Below, in pieces: positions 35,792-44,028 of a stretch of DNA of 64,000 nucleotides. A program made the position numbers and the translations under genes. Each line of letters opens with the position of its first letter. Position 1 is the stretch's first letter. This DNA comes from an uncultured virus (IMG/VR IMGVR_UViG_3300037245_004243) (taxonomy: Duplodnaviria > Heunggongvirae > Uroviricota > Caudoviricetes): IMG/VR virus record IMGVR_UViG_3300037245_004243, positions 65,501-129,500 of that record; one strand, 5' to 3'. Under the pieces are notes generated by a model. It saw nothing but the letters and a program-made list of their open reading frames with translations. It had not been told where the DNA came from and did not search any database.

Positions 35792-36053
35792 TTGCTTTAT
35801 TCCATTCTACCGTATATAATAAATAGGCCATTTCTTGTTGGCTATATTTGCGATTTGCAATTTCTTTTTGTTCATCTATAATCCGGTTAACTTTACCGTT
35901 TTGTCGCCATAACGCCTTGCCCAATTCGTTAATCAGATCCGATTTTTTCATTCGATCAATTTTTCTGAAATTAGGGGAATTCTGAATCATATTCCAGTAT
36001 TCCGCATCAATCTCTATTTTACCTTCAGAAATTATTTCTCGATAAGTTTTCAT
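35784..36053 (-). CDS. Putative capsid-targeted internal protein
   Basis: Leader MKTYREIISE; TGTAAATA just upstream. Confidence 0.6.
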   Translation of the reverse strand: MKTYREIISEGKIEIDAEYWNMIQNSPNFRKIDRMKKSDLINELGKALWRQNGKVNRIIDEQKEIANRKYSQQEMAYLLYTVEWNKASV

Positions 36054-36064
36054 ATAATAACTAT

Positions 36065-36259
36065 TTACAGTTTTAGAGTTTTACTTAATGAAACTTCCCG
36101 GCCAGCCTCATCCATCGTTTTACCCTTGCGCCCAATACAATCACATTTTGATGGATGCGTATTCCACCAACAACAAGTGATGCATTTACCATTAGAATTT
36201 AATTTTTTATGCACGCAATGGTTGAATCTATATTTTTTGGTTTTTGATGATATAATCAA
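36065..36259 (-). CDS. Small Cys-rich hypothetical
   Basis: HCVH..CITCC..HP.KCDC; start uncertain, overlaps uvsW end. Confidence 0.35.
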   Translation of the reverse strand: MIISSKTKKYRFNHCVHKKLNSNGKCITCCWWNTHPSKCDCIGRKGKTMDEAGREVSLSKTLKL

Positions 36260-37700
36260 ATTCTTCCGTGTCGTAATATTTTGTTCTTTTCAGAAAATGT
36301 GTTAATACATAGTTTCTTTTTGATTTCCAGCTCAAATCGTCAGTTATATCATACAATTTCGCATTTTTATTGAAATATTTTCTCAAAAGCCGCCCAATGC
36401 TCTGGATGACTTTTACACTCGAGAGCACCGATTCAGCAAAAATTAGATTATGTAAATTTTTAATATTTATCCCGGTCGAGAATGTTCCGTAAGACGCGAC
36501 AATTATTATACCATCGTGTTTTTCGGTAACCTTCCGGACTTTCTCCCGAAAAACAACTGGAGTGGTTCCATCAATATAATATATGTGTTTTTTGGGATAA
36601 TTCCGCTTTAATAGCCTATGCAGATCCCGGCCATAATCCCTTATTTTAAAAAGGATCATCGTGTTACCTTTGCGGGACGCCGCCAACTGACAAATAAACT
36701 TTTTTCTTTCGGGTATTGCTCGGATTATATCGGTCTCGACTTGCCATTCCACTTTCTTACGACCTTTGAATAGTTGTAAAATGTTATCATTATATTTTAA
36801 AACAATTCCTTTGATATTTATTCCGGCTAATATCCCCTTTTCTATCAATTCCGCGGATTTTGAAAATGTCTTGACTCTTCCCAATAATGCTGTAAGCTGT
36901 ATTTTGGCAATTTTACAATCTTTTAAGTGCCCGGTCATCCCAACCCGGTATGCCGCATTAATGCAGTGATTTGCGATTCGAGGGAGTTCTTTTGCGGTTG
37001 CTTCATGTACCTCATCAACAATCACCGCATGGAAAGGTTCGAAATATTCCGGAGGCATATTTTTCAGACTCTGCCACGTCGAAATAGTGATTTTTTTATG
37101 GGTGTATTTTTCCCGGCCAGAGTGAATCCGATGCACGTATTGCTGAAAATCACAATATTTTTTAGCATAATCTTGGAAGTCTCCAGCCATTTGCTCGACC
37201 AAGGACGTTCTCGGCACAATCAAGAGCCCTTTAAATTCCGGATAGATATACATCAAAAGATTGAAAAATATGTAATATATAAAACTTTTGCCGGACGCAG
37301 TCGCCGAAACGCCGATCATTTTACGATGATACATAAAATATTTCACAGCAGATATTTGATAATCTCGGGGTATTAGATCACATTTTAGGACATCTTTACA
37401 AAATTCTAAAATCTCAGTTTCGGAGACCTCCTCCCCGGTACCCGTTAAGCGTTTATCTATTATGTAATCCCATTCATTTAATTTGCAATACCCAAGGAAT
37501 TTTGAAAGCAAACCACATGGCAGAAGGCAATTATTGACGTTAAATAATTTTATTTTTCCATCCCATATGCCGGACTGGTATTTCGGACTCCAATTATAAT
37601 TCGGAGAGTAAAACGCAAAAAGGTCCGCGATATCCTGGGCTTCATCGAATTCGCAGACTATTTGTATATACGCCTCATTGAAATATTTCAGTTCAATCAA
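36228..37700 (-). CDS. uvsW: UvsW SF2 helicase (TTG start)
   Basis: WDGKIKLF, PRDYQ, ATASGKS, IVDEVH, GMTG, ASYGTFSTGINIKNLHN, IQSIGRLLR. Confidence 0.95.
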   Translation of the reverse strand: MIELKYFNEAYIQIVCEFDEAQDIADLFAFYSPNYNWSPKYQSGIWDGKIKLFNVNNCLLPCGLLSKFLGYCKLNEWDYIIDKRLTGTGEEVSETEILEFCKDVLKCDLIPRDYQISAVKYFMYHRKMIGVSATASGKSFIYYIFFNLLMYIYPEFKGLLIVPRTSLVEQMAGDFQDYAKKYCDFQQYVHRIHSGREKYTHKKITISTWQSLKNMPPEYFEPFHAVIVDEVHEATAKELPRIANHCINAAYRVGMTGHLKDCKIAKIQLTALLGRVKTFSKSAELIEKGILAGINIKGIVLKYNDNILQLFKGRKKVEWQVETDIIRAIPERKKFICQLAASRKGNTMILFKIRDYGRDLHRLLKRNYPKKHIYYIDGTTPVVFREKVRKVTEKHDGIIIVASYGTFSTGINIKNLHNLIFAESVLSSVKVIQSIGRLLRKYFNKNAKLYDITDDLSWKSKRNYVLTHFLKRTKYYDTEEFDYIIKNQKI

Positions 37701-37706
37701 AATATT

Positions 37707-37877
37707 TTATCCGAATAGACTGGACAGGTACTCTTCCTGTCTCGCTACAATTGAAAGTTTAATTTCGGGATCAACATTATTATGTGCATCAATATGATTG
37801 ATTAGAGCCTCGATGTTTTTGAAATACTCCCGGCCACATAACGGGCAATCAATAGGTTCAATTTTTTCACTACCCAT
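37707..37877 (-). CDS. 56-aa C2H2 zinc-finger micro-protein
   Basis: Below ORF-track cutoff; MGSEKIEPIDCPLCGREYFKNIEALINHIDAHNN... Confidence 0.65.
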   Translation of the reverse strand: MGSEKIEPIDCPLCGREYFKNIEALINHIDAHNNVDPEIKLSIVARQEEYLSSLFG

Positions 37878-38031
37878 TCAAAATTTCCTTGCCGGATGTT
37901 TTTTCCAGTAATTCTTCATCCTGGCCAATCAAATTATTATGCTTTTCTTCTAAATGTCGATGCCTGTCATCTTCACTTAGGCAGATGCGCTTGCAAACTG
38001 GACAGTCATAAAATCCTATTTCATCTAACAT
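37870..38031 (-). CDS. 53-aa C2H2 zinc-finger micro-protein
   Basis: Below cutoff; MLDEIGFYDCPVCKRICLSEDDRHRHLEEKHNN...; TAATG coupling to uvsY stop. Confidence 0.65.
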   Translation of the reverse strand: MLDEIGFYDCPVCKRICLSEDDRHRHLEEKHNNLIGQDEELLEKTSGKEILNG

Positions 38032-38438
38032 TATTTACCTGCTTTCAATTCTTTCAGTTTCATTAGGTTATTCATATCAAAACTTAATTGAGTCGTTTTC
38101 TTTAAGATACTCTCCAGGCATTCCACGAGTTTCTTTTGGCAATTTACCTGGTAAAATAAAACCGAATATTGATCATCGGACTCAATATAATATTTTGCTT
38201 GACTTGGCTTGACTTCATATTCATAATTGAACAAATAATGATTTAATTTATCCCGCCACATCTTGGCCAGATCTTTTTCTTTCTGAATCAATTTATGACT
38301 TTGCCGGTAAAAGTACCTGAGCCATTTTGAGTGCATATTCGGAATTGAGCGGAGTTTGGCTTCCAGGTCCGCATCATTAAAATTGAAATCTACCTCTGCC
38401 TCTTTTAAATATTTTTCTAATATATCATCAAAATTCAT
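38031..38438 (-). CDS. uvsY: Recombination mediator UvsY
   Basis: LRSIPNMHSKWLRY, YIESD..Y, LESILK....SFDM.N; upstream of uvsW. Confidence 0.85.
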   Translation of the reverse strand: MNFDDILEKYLKEAEVDFNFNDADLEAKLRSIPNMHSKWLRYFYRQSHKLIQKEKDLAKMWRDKLNHYLFNYEYEVKPSQAKYYIESDDQYSVLFYQVNCQKKLVECLESILKKTTQLSFDMNNLMKLKELKAGK

Positions 38439-38444
38439 GCAATG

Positions 38445-38473
38445 ATTATACCATTTTATCGTGAATTTGTCAT
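38445..38473 (-). promoter_or_regulatory. Sigma70-type promoter for uvsY (ATGACA-N17-TATAAT, extended -10)
   Basis: Minus strand atgaca aattcacgataaaatgg tataat immediately before the uvsY ATG. Confidence 0.5.
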
Positions 38474-39003
38474 TTCTTCTTAATTTTTTTCCAACCGCTA
38501 CTTAAAGTGACATTTTCAAAATCGTTCTTTTCTTTATGAAAAACATAAAGTATCAAATAATTTCCTTGAAATTTTGTAAAGTGGTAATTTGCTAATTTTT
38601 TAATCTGTTTTGCAAATTTATCATATAATTTTACTCTCGAAGATTCTTCTGCTGAAAAATGGAACATTTTCGGGTTTTTAGATGATATAAACTCCTTCAT
38701 AATTTCCAGCACGGTAGCAAATATCCTGAATGCTGATCCTGTCCCAGTTATGCCAAAGCTATTACGCCGGAGAGAAGATGCTTCAAAACCAATATCCCAT
38801 GATTTCCCAACATCGAAATCTGCCATTTGAAAAAACTGAAGACTTCCTTCTGCTTTTTCGGCTTCAAATCTATATTGAACAGCCGGGGTTTTATCGGTAG
38901 CTGGCACCTCCCATTTTGCGATTACACTGTCGGATTGTATACTTATATTATAAGGAAGGGGCGATTTAAATATTTTCTCCAAAATTTCTCGGTAGGTTTC
39001 CAT
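38470..39003 (-). CDS. Putative capsid-targeted protein
   Basis: Start 39003, leader METYREILE; TGTGSAFRIFATV..F.FSA...SR.KLY. Confidence 0.6.
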   Translation of the reverse strand: METYREILEKIFKSPLPYNISIQSDSVIAKWEVPATDKTPAVQYRFEAEKAEGSLQFFQMADFDVGKSWDIGFEASSLRRNSFGITGTGSAFRIFATVLEIMKEFISSKNPKMFHFSAEESSRVKLYDKFAKQIKKLANYHFTKFQGNYLILYVFHKEKNDFENVTLSSGWKKIKKK

Positions 39004-39004
39004 T

Positions 39005-39496
39005 TTAAACGCTCCTATAAGTAAAACCATTTATTTTGAAAGAAACATCAAACCGGCTCGGCTCAACATCCTCGATTTGAGTTGTCAGCGGGACATCCGA
39101 CATAGTAAAGGGAAAAATATCGATCATTGTACATTCGACAACCGTCTTATGCTTGGAATCTAAAATATCCACTGCCAGATCGCATTGGTCGCGCTCCAGG
39201 GATACCTCATCGGGATCACGCAGCCGGTACATCCAATCCATAACCGCGATCCAATTTTCCATTCCCTCTTGCAGCATAAATTGTAGATTCGTGTCTTCAT
39301 ATTCCAGGGAGTCGCCGGGAATCCAAATTTTTCTGATATTTGTTGGCTGCTCGGTCTGTCCTAATATAATGGTTGGGATATTAACCGCCACGCAGGTATT
39401 CCCCAATTTTCGAATACCCGCGTTATTATGCAGGAAAGTTACCCTGAACCTGTTTTCAAAATTGAAATTATGTATATTATTTTTGAGGGTCGGCAT
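39005..39496 (-). CDS. gp3: Tail completion / sheath stabiliser gp3-like (tail-tube fold)
   Basis: Start 39496 after AAGGA; VNIP.I.LG..P..IPGD.LEYE...F.L.E.MENW..V.DWM, DIFP..S. Confidence 0.8.
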   Translation of the reverse strand: MPTLKNNIHNFNFENRFRVTFLHNNAGIRKLGNTCVAVNIPTIILGQTEQPTNIRKIWIPGDSLEYEDTNLQFMLQEGMENWIAVMDWMYRLRDPDEVSLERDQCDLAVDILDSKHKTVVECTMIDIFPFTMSDVPLTTQIEDVEPSRFDVSFKINGFTYRSV

Positions 39497-39534
39497 TGAC
39501 AAATCCTTTAAATTTATAGTAAACTCGTTATATG

Positions 39535-39542
39535 TATTTACC
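39535..39542 (-). promoter_or_regulatory. Putative late promoter GGTAAATA heading the late module
   Basis: TATTTACC about 40 nt upstream of gp3. Confidence 0.6.
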
Positions 39543-39566
39543 AAAGAGAAAAATATCGAAAAAGTT

Positions 39567-39596
39567 TTGACAATACCAGAATTTTCATGGTATACT
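39567..39596 (+). promoter_or_regulatory. Sigma70-type promoter TTGACA-N18-TGgTATACT facing a non-coding region
   Basis: TTGACA 39567-72, TATACT 39591-96. Confidence 0.6.
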
Positions 39597-39602
39597 TCAT
39601 CA

Positions 39603-39710
39603 TAAATTTAAAAGGGTTCACAACCATAATCAATCATATAAAGCTGGTTATACGAGCAAAAACAGGGATAACAAAGTATTGATTGATTGAACCCTTTTAA
39701 AAAAAAAAAT
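39603..39710 (+). ncRNA. Candidate small structured RNA
   Basis: Perfect 14-bp IR 39607-20/39688-701 plus inner AATCAATCA/TGATTGATT just downstream of the promoter; no ORF. Confidence 0.35.
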
Positions 39711-40187
39711 GACATATTGAAATAATGTGGACTGCGAATTATCAGGGCAGGGAATAAAACCTGCTTCTTCAAATAAACAGACGTGCCTGTAATAGGGTGA
39801 CCGCCAGGGTAGCGCTTTTACGTTACCGGAGATTATGAGCTTGGAAATATCCTTTATATGTCAAGGATTCCAATTGGTTTTTAGGCTGGCCTGTACCATA
39901 CCTTTTTAAAAGGTGGCTCATATCGGAAATGTTCAACTCATTTGAGACAAGTTTCCGGATCGATCCTAAGATTTCTTTCTTTCTTTTGAGGGGAGAAATC
40001 TTTTGCAAACTGGAACACTTATTATGGTGTATTAGGCCGTTAGGCCGCGCCGCTTGCGGCGTTATTATGTTATTGTATTTCATATGTGACATTGGTGGTT
40101 TTTCGGCGCAAGCGCCGGGCCGCTATCGCGCCCATTTTTAACCGGGGATTTATTTATCAAATTTATAAAGAAATAGCTAAAATTTCC

Positions 40188-40215
40188 TTGACTTCCTCTG
40201 CCGTTGTTATATAAT
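40188..40215 (+). promoter_or_regulatory. Sigma70-type early promoter TTGACT-N16-TATAAT
   Basis: Preceded by aaatagctaaaatttcc, a degenerate copy of the early promoter cassette. Confidence 0.6.
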
Positions 40216-40245
40216 GGAACTATAACAATCAAACGGGAGATAAAA

Positions 40246-40428
40246 ATGATAAAGGCATCGACATCTTACGCGCTCACGGGACCGGACAATATCGTTATAA
40301 CAAAAGGTTCCAAAAAGGAAATGTACACCCTTCGGAAATTGCGATCAAAAAATGATATTGACAATTGGACAGGAAAATATACGGTATGGAATGCACCTTC
40401 ATCTAAAATAGGAGATACCTTACGATGA
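40246..40428 (+). CDS. Small early hypothetical
   Basis: RBS GGGAG, ATG 40246. Confidence 0.55.
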   Translation: MIKASTSYALTGPDNIVITKGSKKEMYTLRKLRSKNDIDNWTGKYTVWNAPSSKIGDTLR

Positions 40429-40712
40429 CTGAACAAGAATATATTAAAATCCGAATACTCGAATTGACTGCCAGGAAAGAAGCAGCCGAAGATTATAGTA
40501 TGAACAATGCCATGCAGATCGAGGCCATCTTATTAAAGGCTCAAATCGAGGCTCTTGTAAAACGACATTTTGAAATCAAAGAGCAGCCCAGTTTATCCAG
40601 TTTATTTCCGGCCTTTCAAGCCAAAAATGAAATAATCGAAGAGGACCACGATTGTATGAACGATTGCCCCAGTTTCGGCACAACCGCATGTCAGAATTGT
40701 TACGACAAATAA
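40425..40712 (+). CDS. Early hypothetical with Cys-rich C-terminus
   Basis: HDCMNDCPSFGTTACQNC. Confidence 0.55.
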   Translation: MTEQEYIKIRILELTARKEAAEDYSMNNAMQIEAILLKAQIEALVKRHFEIKEQPSLSSLFPAFQAKNEIIEEDHDCMNDCPSFGTTACQNCYDK

Positions 40713-40716
40713 ATCG

Positions 40717-40779
40717 AAAATAAAGCTCAAGTTATTTTCGAAAGTGCCGAAATCATTAATAACAGCGAGAGATAAACCA
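40717..40779 (+). promoter_or_regulatory. Early promoter cassette copy, sigma28-like (TCAA-N15-GCCGAAAT)
   Basis: 63 bp identical to 40967-41029. Confidence 0.7.
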
Positions 40780-40799
40780 CATAATAAAGGAAATAAAAA

Positions 40800-40967
40800 A
40801 TGTTAAACGCACCCGACAGAAAAAAAATCAACAACATAGTATGCGAGCTGATAGTAAAAAATATGGAAGCGGGATTCAATTATAAAAAGGCCAAGACCGC
40901 CGCTTTTAATCGGATGAATAAAGAATGCCCGGAAGTTCTTACCGCATGGCTGGCGAGAAATAAATAA
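40800..40967 (+). CDS. 55-aa early hypothetical between two promoter repeats
   Basis: RBS AAGGA; MLNAPDRKKINNIVCELIVKNMEAG...WLARNK. Confidence 0.6.
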   Translation: MLNAPDRKKINNIVCELIVKNMEAGFNYKKAKTAAFNRMNKECPEVLTAWLARNK

Positions 40968-41029
40968 AAATAAAGCTCAAGTTATTTTCGAAAGTGCCGA
41001 AATCATTAATAACAGCGAGAGATAAACCA
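40967..41029 (+). promoter_or_regulatory. Early promoter cassette copy, sigma28-like
   Basis: Identical to 40717-40779. Confidence 0.7.
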
Positions 41030-41053
41030 ATAATAATAAAGGAGACCGAAAAA

Positions 41054-41689
41054 ATGACGAAACAAGCAGCAGCAAAAAAAGCCGACGCAACCCCTAACTT
41101 CATGGATATGGTAGCAGGAGCCGCCAAGGTAGCGCCGACTAAAAAGGCCAAATCAGCCGATACCGACATCCTGACCCACGCACCGGAAGCCGTAAAAGCC
41201 GACATCAGCAAGATCATCAAGGCAAAAGCGACCATGAAAAAGGCAAAAAGCGAAGTAGCGGTCGCCGAGAAAAGCATCCTCGATTTCGGTACCCAATACA
41301 AAAACAGCGAAGCCTTTGACGGACGTTTCAAAAAATCTTACAAAATCGCCGGAAACGGAAAAGATAAGGTAACTTTCGTAACAGCTAACAAATTCAGCTT
41401 TAACACCGAAGACGTCGGAATCATCAAGGAAATCCTCGGGGACGCCGCCGACGAGATGCTGCCTTCCAAATACAATGTAAGCATCAAACCGGAAGTATTC
41501 ACCGACGACGAAAAACAAAAAGAGCTGATGGAATTACTCGGAGACCGCTGGAATGACTTTTTTGATACCACGGTCGCCTACAGCGTATCAGACGATTTCG
41601 ACAGCCGGATATACAAAGAGCTGGATGCACACGGACTCAACGACCTCAACGTATATTGCAAACAATCGAAGCCTTCAGTAAGAGGGTAA
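41054..41689 (+). CDS. Early hypothetical (K/A-rich N-terminus)
   Basis: RBS AAGGAG, ATG 41054 MTKQAAAKK; strong codon bias. Confidence 0.7.
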   Translation: MTKQAAAKKADATPNFMDMVAGAAKVAPTKKAKSADTDILTHAPEAVKADISKIIKAKATMKKAKSEVAVAEKSILDFGTQYKNSEAFDGRFKKSYKIAGNGKDKVTFVTANKFSFNTEDVGIIKEILGDAADEMLPSKYNVSIKPEVFTDDEKQKELMELLGDRWNDFFDTTVAYSVSDDFDSRIYKELDAHGLNDLNVYCKQSKPSVRG

Positions 41690-41939
41690 AAACAAACCTA
41701 CACGCACCCCAGGGTGCGGTTGAGGTCGGCGATAACCGAGCCGAAAGATTTAAAGCAAAAGGCATGCACCGGTCAACATTGTCAAAAGCTGGCTCGGTTT
41801 TATAGCCATCAATATTGTAGAGTAACTCAATAGGTAGAGCACCGTAACAACGGAAGATGATACTTCGAAACTATCCTCTACAATATATAAATAGTAAAAA
41901 TTCGAAATAATACAACAAATAAATAGTACGGAGACTGAA

Positions 41940-42554
41940 ATGAATATCACAAAATTTACATACTTTCACCCTGAAAAGCCGGTCTTGATGAATATCGAGC
42001 AGGAAAGTTTCGAGACCATGAGCGACGATCCATGTTGGGTAGCCGAGATGAAATATAACGGCCAGAGAACTTGCCTTTGGGTTATCGACGGCAAAGTAGA
42101 ATTTTGGGGCCGACACGGCAAAGTACTCAAATATGATGCCGATCCTGATGCCGATATGGTAGCCTTCCTGGCCAAAAAATTCCCTAAAGGCGTCTTCCTA
42201 TTCGATGGCGAATTGCGCCACAATAAAACCAAGGGCGTCCGCGACAAACTCGTAATATGGGATGTTCTTATCTTCCGCGACCGACTTCTCAATACCGAGC
42301 AATATTGGACACGCCGCGCAATACTTGAAGCCCGGTTGGGAATGGCCGGGGATGAAACCCAAAATACAATAAAAATTATCAAGCAATACCACGTCAATTT
42401 TGCTCAGGTATATTCTGGCGCCATACCTTCACCGGAAATCGAAGGCCTGGTATTAAAAAACCTGCACGGCATCTTAAATATTAGCCGGACTTCCGGACAG
42501 AATTCAAATTGGATGTTCAAGGTAAGAAAACCTTCAGGGCGATATGCTTTCTGA
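41940..42554 (+). CDS. ATP-dependent ligase-like nucleotidyltransferase, adenylation domain only
   Basis: Motif I AEMKYNGQR, III LFDGEL, IIIa WDVL, IV EGLVLK, V WMFKVRK; ends before any OB domain. Confidence 0.75.
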   Translation: MNITKFTYFHPEKPVLMNIEQESFETMSDDPCWVAEMKYNGQRTCLWVIDGKVEFWGRHGKVLKYDADPDADMVAFLAKKFPKGVFLFDGELRHNKTKGVRDKLVIWDVLIFRDRLLNTEQYWTRRAILEARLGMAGDETQNTIKIIKQYHVNFAQVYSGAIPSPEIEGLVLKNLHGILNISRTSGQNSNWMFKVRKPSGRYAF

Positions 42555-42711
42555 AAAGAAAAAACAAATACCGGCAATATACGAATGCTGCAAATGTGGA
42601 CATAAATATATCCTGGGACCGGGTCCACAATCGCCTTGCTATAAATGTGGAAGCCTTTATTTAAAATGGCTCAACTATGAAAAACTGAATAAAAAATATT
42701 TTCACAATTAG
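42544..42711 (+). CDS. 55-aa zinc-ribbon protein
   Basis: Below cutoff; YECCKCGHKY..PCYKCGSLYL. Confidence 0.6.
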   Translation: MLSEKKKQIPAIYECCKCGHKYILGPGPQSPCYKCGSLYLKWLNYEKLNKKYFHN

Positions 42712-42720
42712 GGAGGAATA

Positions 42721-43026
42721 ATGTTTATCGATGAAATGGATTATAAAACGTGTTGGGATTTATGGGGAAAGATAAACCGTAATCCGGTAAAGACTGCCAG
42801 GGCCATTTTCCCACATCAGCCGCCGAGGTATGTAGCTGTTACCAAATTGATCGGGGCCTATCTGGCCAACAAAGGCACCGTCTTGGGATTGCTTGAGCCA
42901 GATAAGAAAGAACGCCGGGACGTGTATATCAAAATCGCTGCAAAAATTTATTGCGATATACCACATTGGGGCCGCAGCTTTTCAATTTTTCGTGCTGATC
43001 TTGCCGTAAAAATCGAAGATAAATGA
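42721..43026 (+). CDS. Early hypothetical
   Basis: RBS GGAGG; ORF track. Confidence 0.6.
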   Translation: MFIDEMDYKTCWDLWGKINRNPVKTARAIFPHQPPRYVAVTKLIGAYLANKGTVLGLLEPDKKERRDVYIKIAAKIYCDIPHWGRSFSIFRADLAVKIEDK

Positions 43027-43089
43027 AAATAAAGCTCAAGTTAATGTTGACTCCTGCCGATAACAGTTATAGAATCAGACAATAAACCA
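43026..43089 (+). promoter_or_regulatory. Composite promoter: TCAA-N16-GCCGATAA nested with TTGACT-N17-TAGAAT
   Basis: TCAA 43036, TTGACT 43047, GCCGATAA 43056, TAGAAT 43070. Confidence 0.7.
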
Positions 43090-43102
43090 AAAGGGAGAAA
43101 AC

Positions 43103-43312
43103 ATGAAAAAGCTAATCGCGGGACTTATCATAATAGGAATTTTGGTAATCGGTGGGAATTCATTAATTAACGAATTAAAAGACGCGATGGAAACCAGAAA
43201 CGCAATAACCTCGGAAATGTTCGAACTGATCAATTCCATTAATAATATCGAAACCGCTTTTGAAAGCCGCACAAATGCACTGAACGCAGTATTTGATCAC
43301 CTGGAGAAATAA
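43103..43312 (+). CDS. Small membrane-anchored hypothetical
   Basis: N-terminal hydrophobic helix LIAGLIIIGILVIGG. Confidence 0.6.
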   Translation: MKKLIAGLIIIGILVIGGNSLINELKDAMETRNAITSEMFELINSINNIETAFESRTNALNAVFDHLEK

Positions 43313-43314
43313 AC

Positions 43315-44019
43315 ATGATATTCGACAACGGCCCAATAGTAAACTCGAGATTCACATGGCAACCAAAACCGGGGACGGGTAATAAAAGTTGTAAGGGTGT
43401 AACCGATAAAGAAAAACTTCGGCTAACCAACGTTCTCATCGACCGCGCAGGTGTCGACGAATTTTTGCAGGTATTATACGATTCCGGAGAGAGAAAAATT
43501 GATGTTGACCTTTCCGAGCGCAGAACCACACGCCGATGGGGAACAGCATACATCCTGGAACGCCGGGTTAAAATATTCCGACATACTGTATGGATACTTT
43601 TGCATGAACTCGCGCACATCCTCGATACAAAAATATCATTTGCAACCGGATCTATTATAACACCTGCCAAACCGCATGGACCCGATTTCGGTCGCCATCT
43701 CACTTGCTTATACCAAATATGGATGGAAAATTGCGACAAGGGCGTTGAAAATTTACCAACCAAACCAACCGCGCCAATTCTCGGACCCTCTGAGTGGCGA
43801 CGGCAGCATTCAGCCGATAGAGGCCGGGGACGCATAGTCGACAATGGCCTTCAGGTAGGGGATCAAGTATCCTTCCCAACAGCAAAAAAAGGAACCATAT
43901 ACGCCATCGTCAAAAAGGTAAATAAGAAAACGTGCCGGGTAACACCGGTCGACGGCGGTAACGATTGGAGAGTATCACCGAAACTTTTAAATAAACTATA
44001 TAAAGTTTACACAATATAA
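43315..44019 (+). CDS. Zincin/SprT-like metallopeptidase with C-terminal SH3-like domain
   Basis: RWGTA, ILLHELAH, PHGPDF; LQVGDQVSF..VKKVNKKT..WRVSPKLL. Confidence 0.65.
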   Translation: MIFDNGPIVNSRFTWQPKPGTGNKSCKGVTDKEKLRLTNVLIDRAGVDEFLQVLYDSGERKIDVDLSERRTTRRWGTAYILERRVKIFRHTVWILLHELAHILDTKISFATGSIITPAKPHGPDFGRHLTCLYQIWMENCDKGVENLPTKPTAPILGPSEWRRQHSADRGRGRIVDNGLQVGDQVSFPTAKKGTIYAIVKKVNKKTCRVTPVDGGNDWRVSPKLLNKLYKVYTI

Positions 44020-44028
44020 GGTAAAAAA

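Noticed and set aside
38031-38438. uvsY N-terminus (MNFDDILEKYLKE) and gp22 N-terminus (MDLKKLLE) as members of the leader family
   Set aside because: Only loosely similar and part of the normal helical N-termini of these proteins; not counted.
39823-40141. Short ORFs on both strands in the divergence region
   Set aside because: No RBS or motifs, and they overlap each other; the region looks non-coding, though a small gene cannot be excluded.
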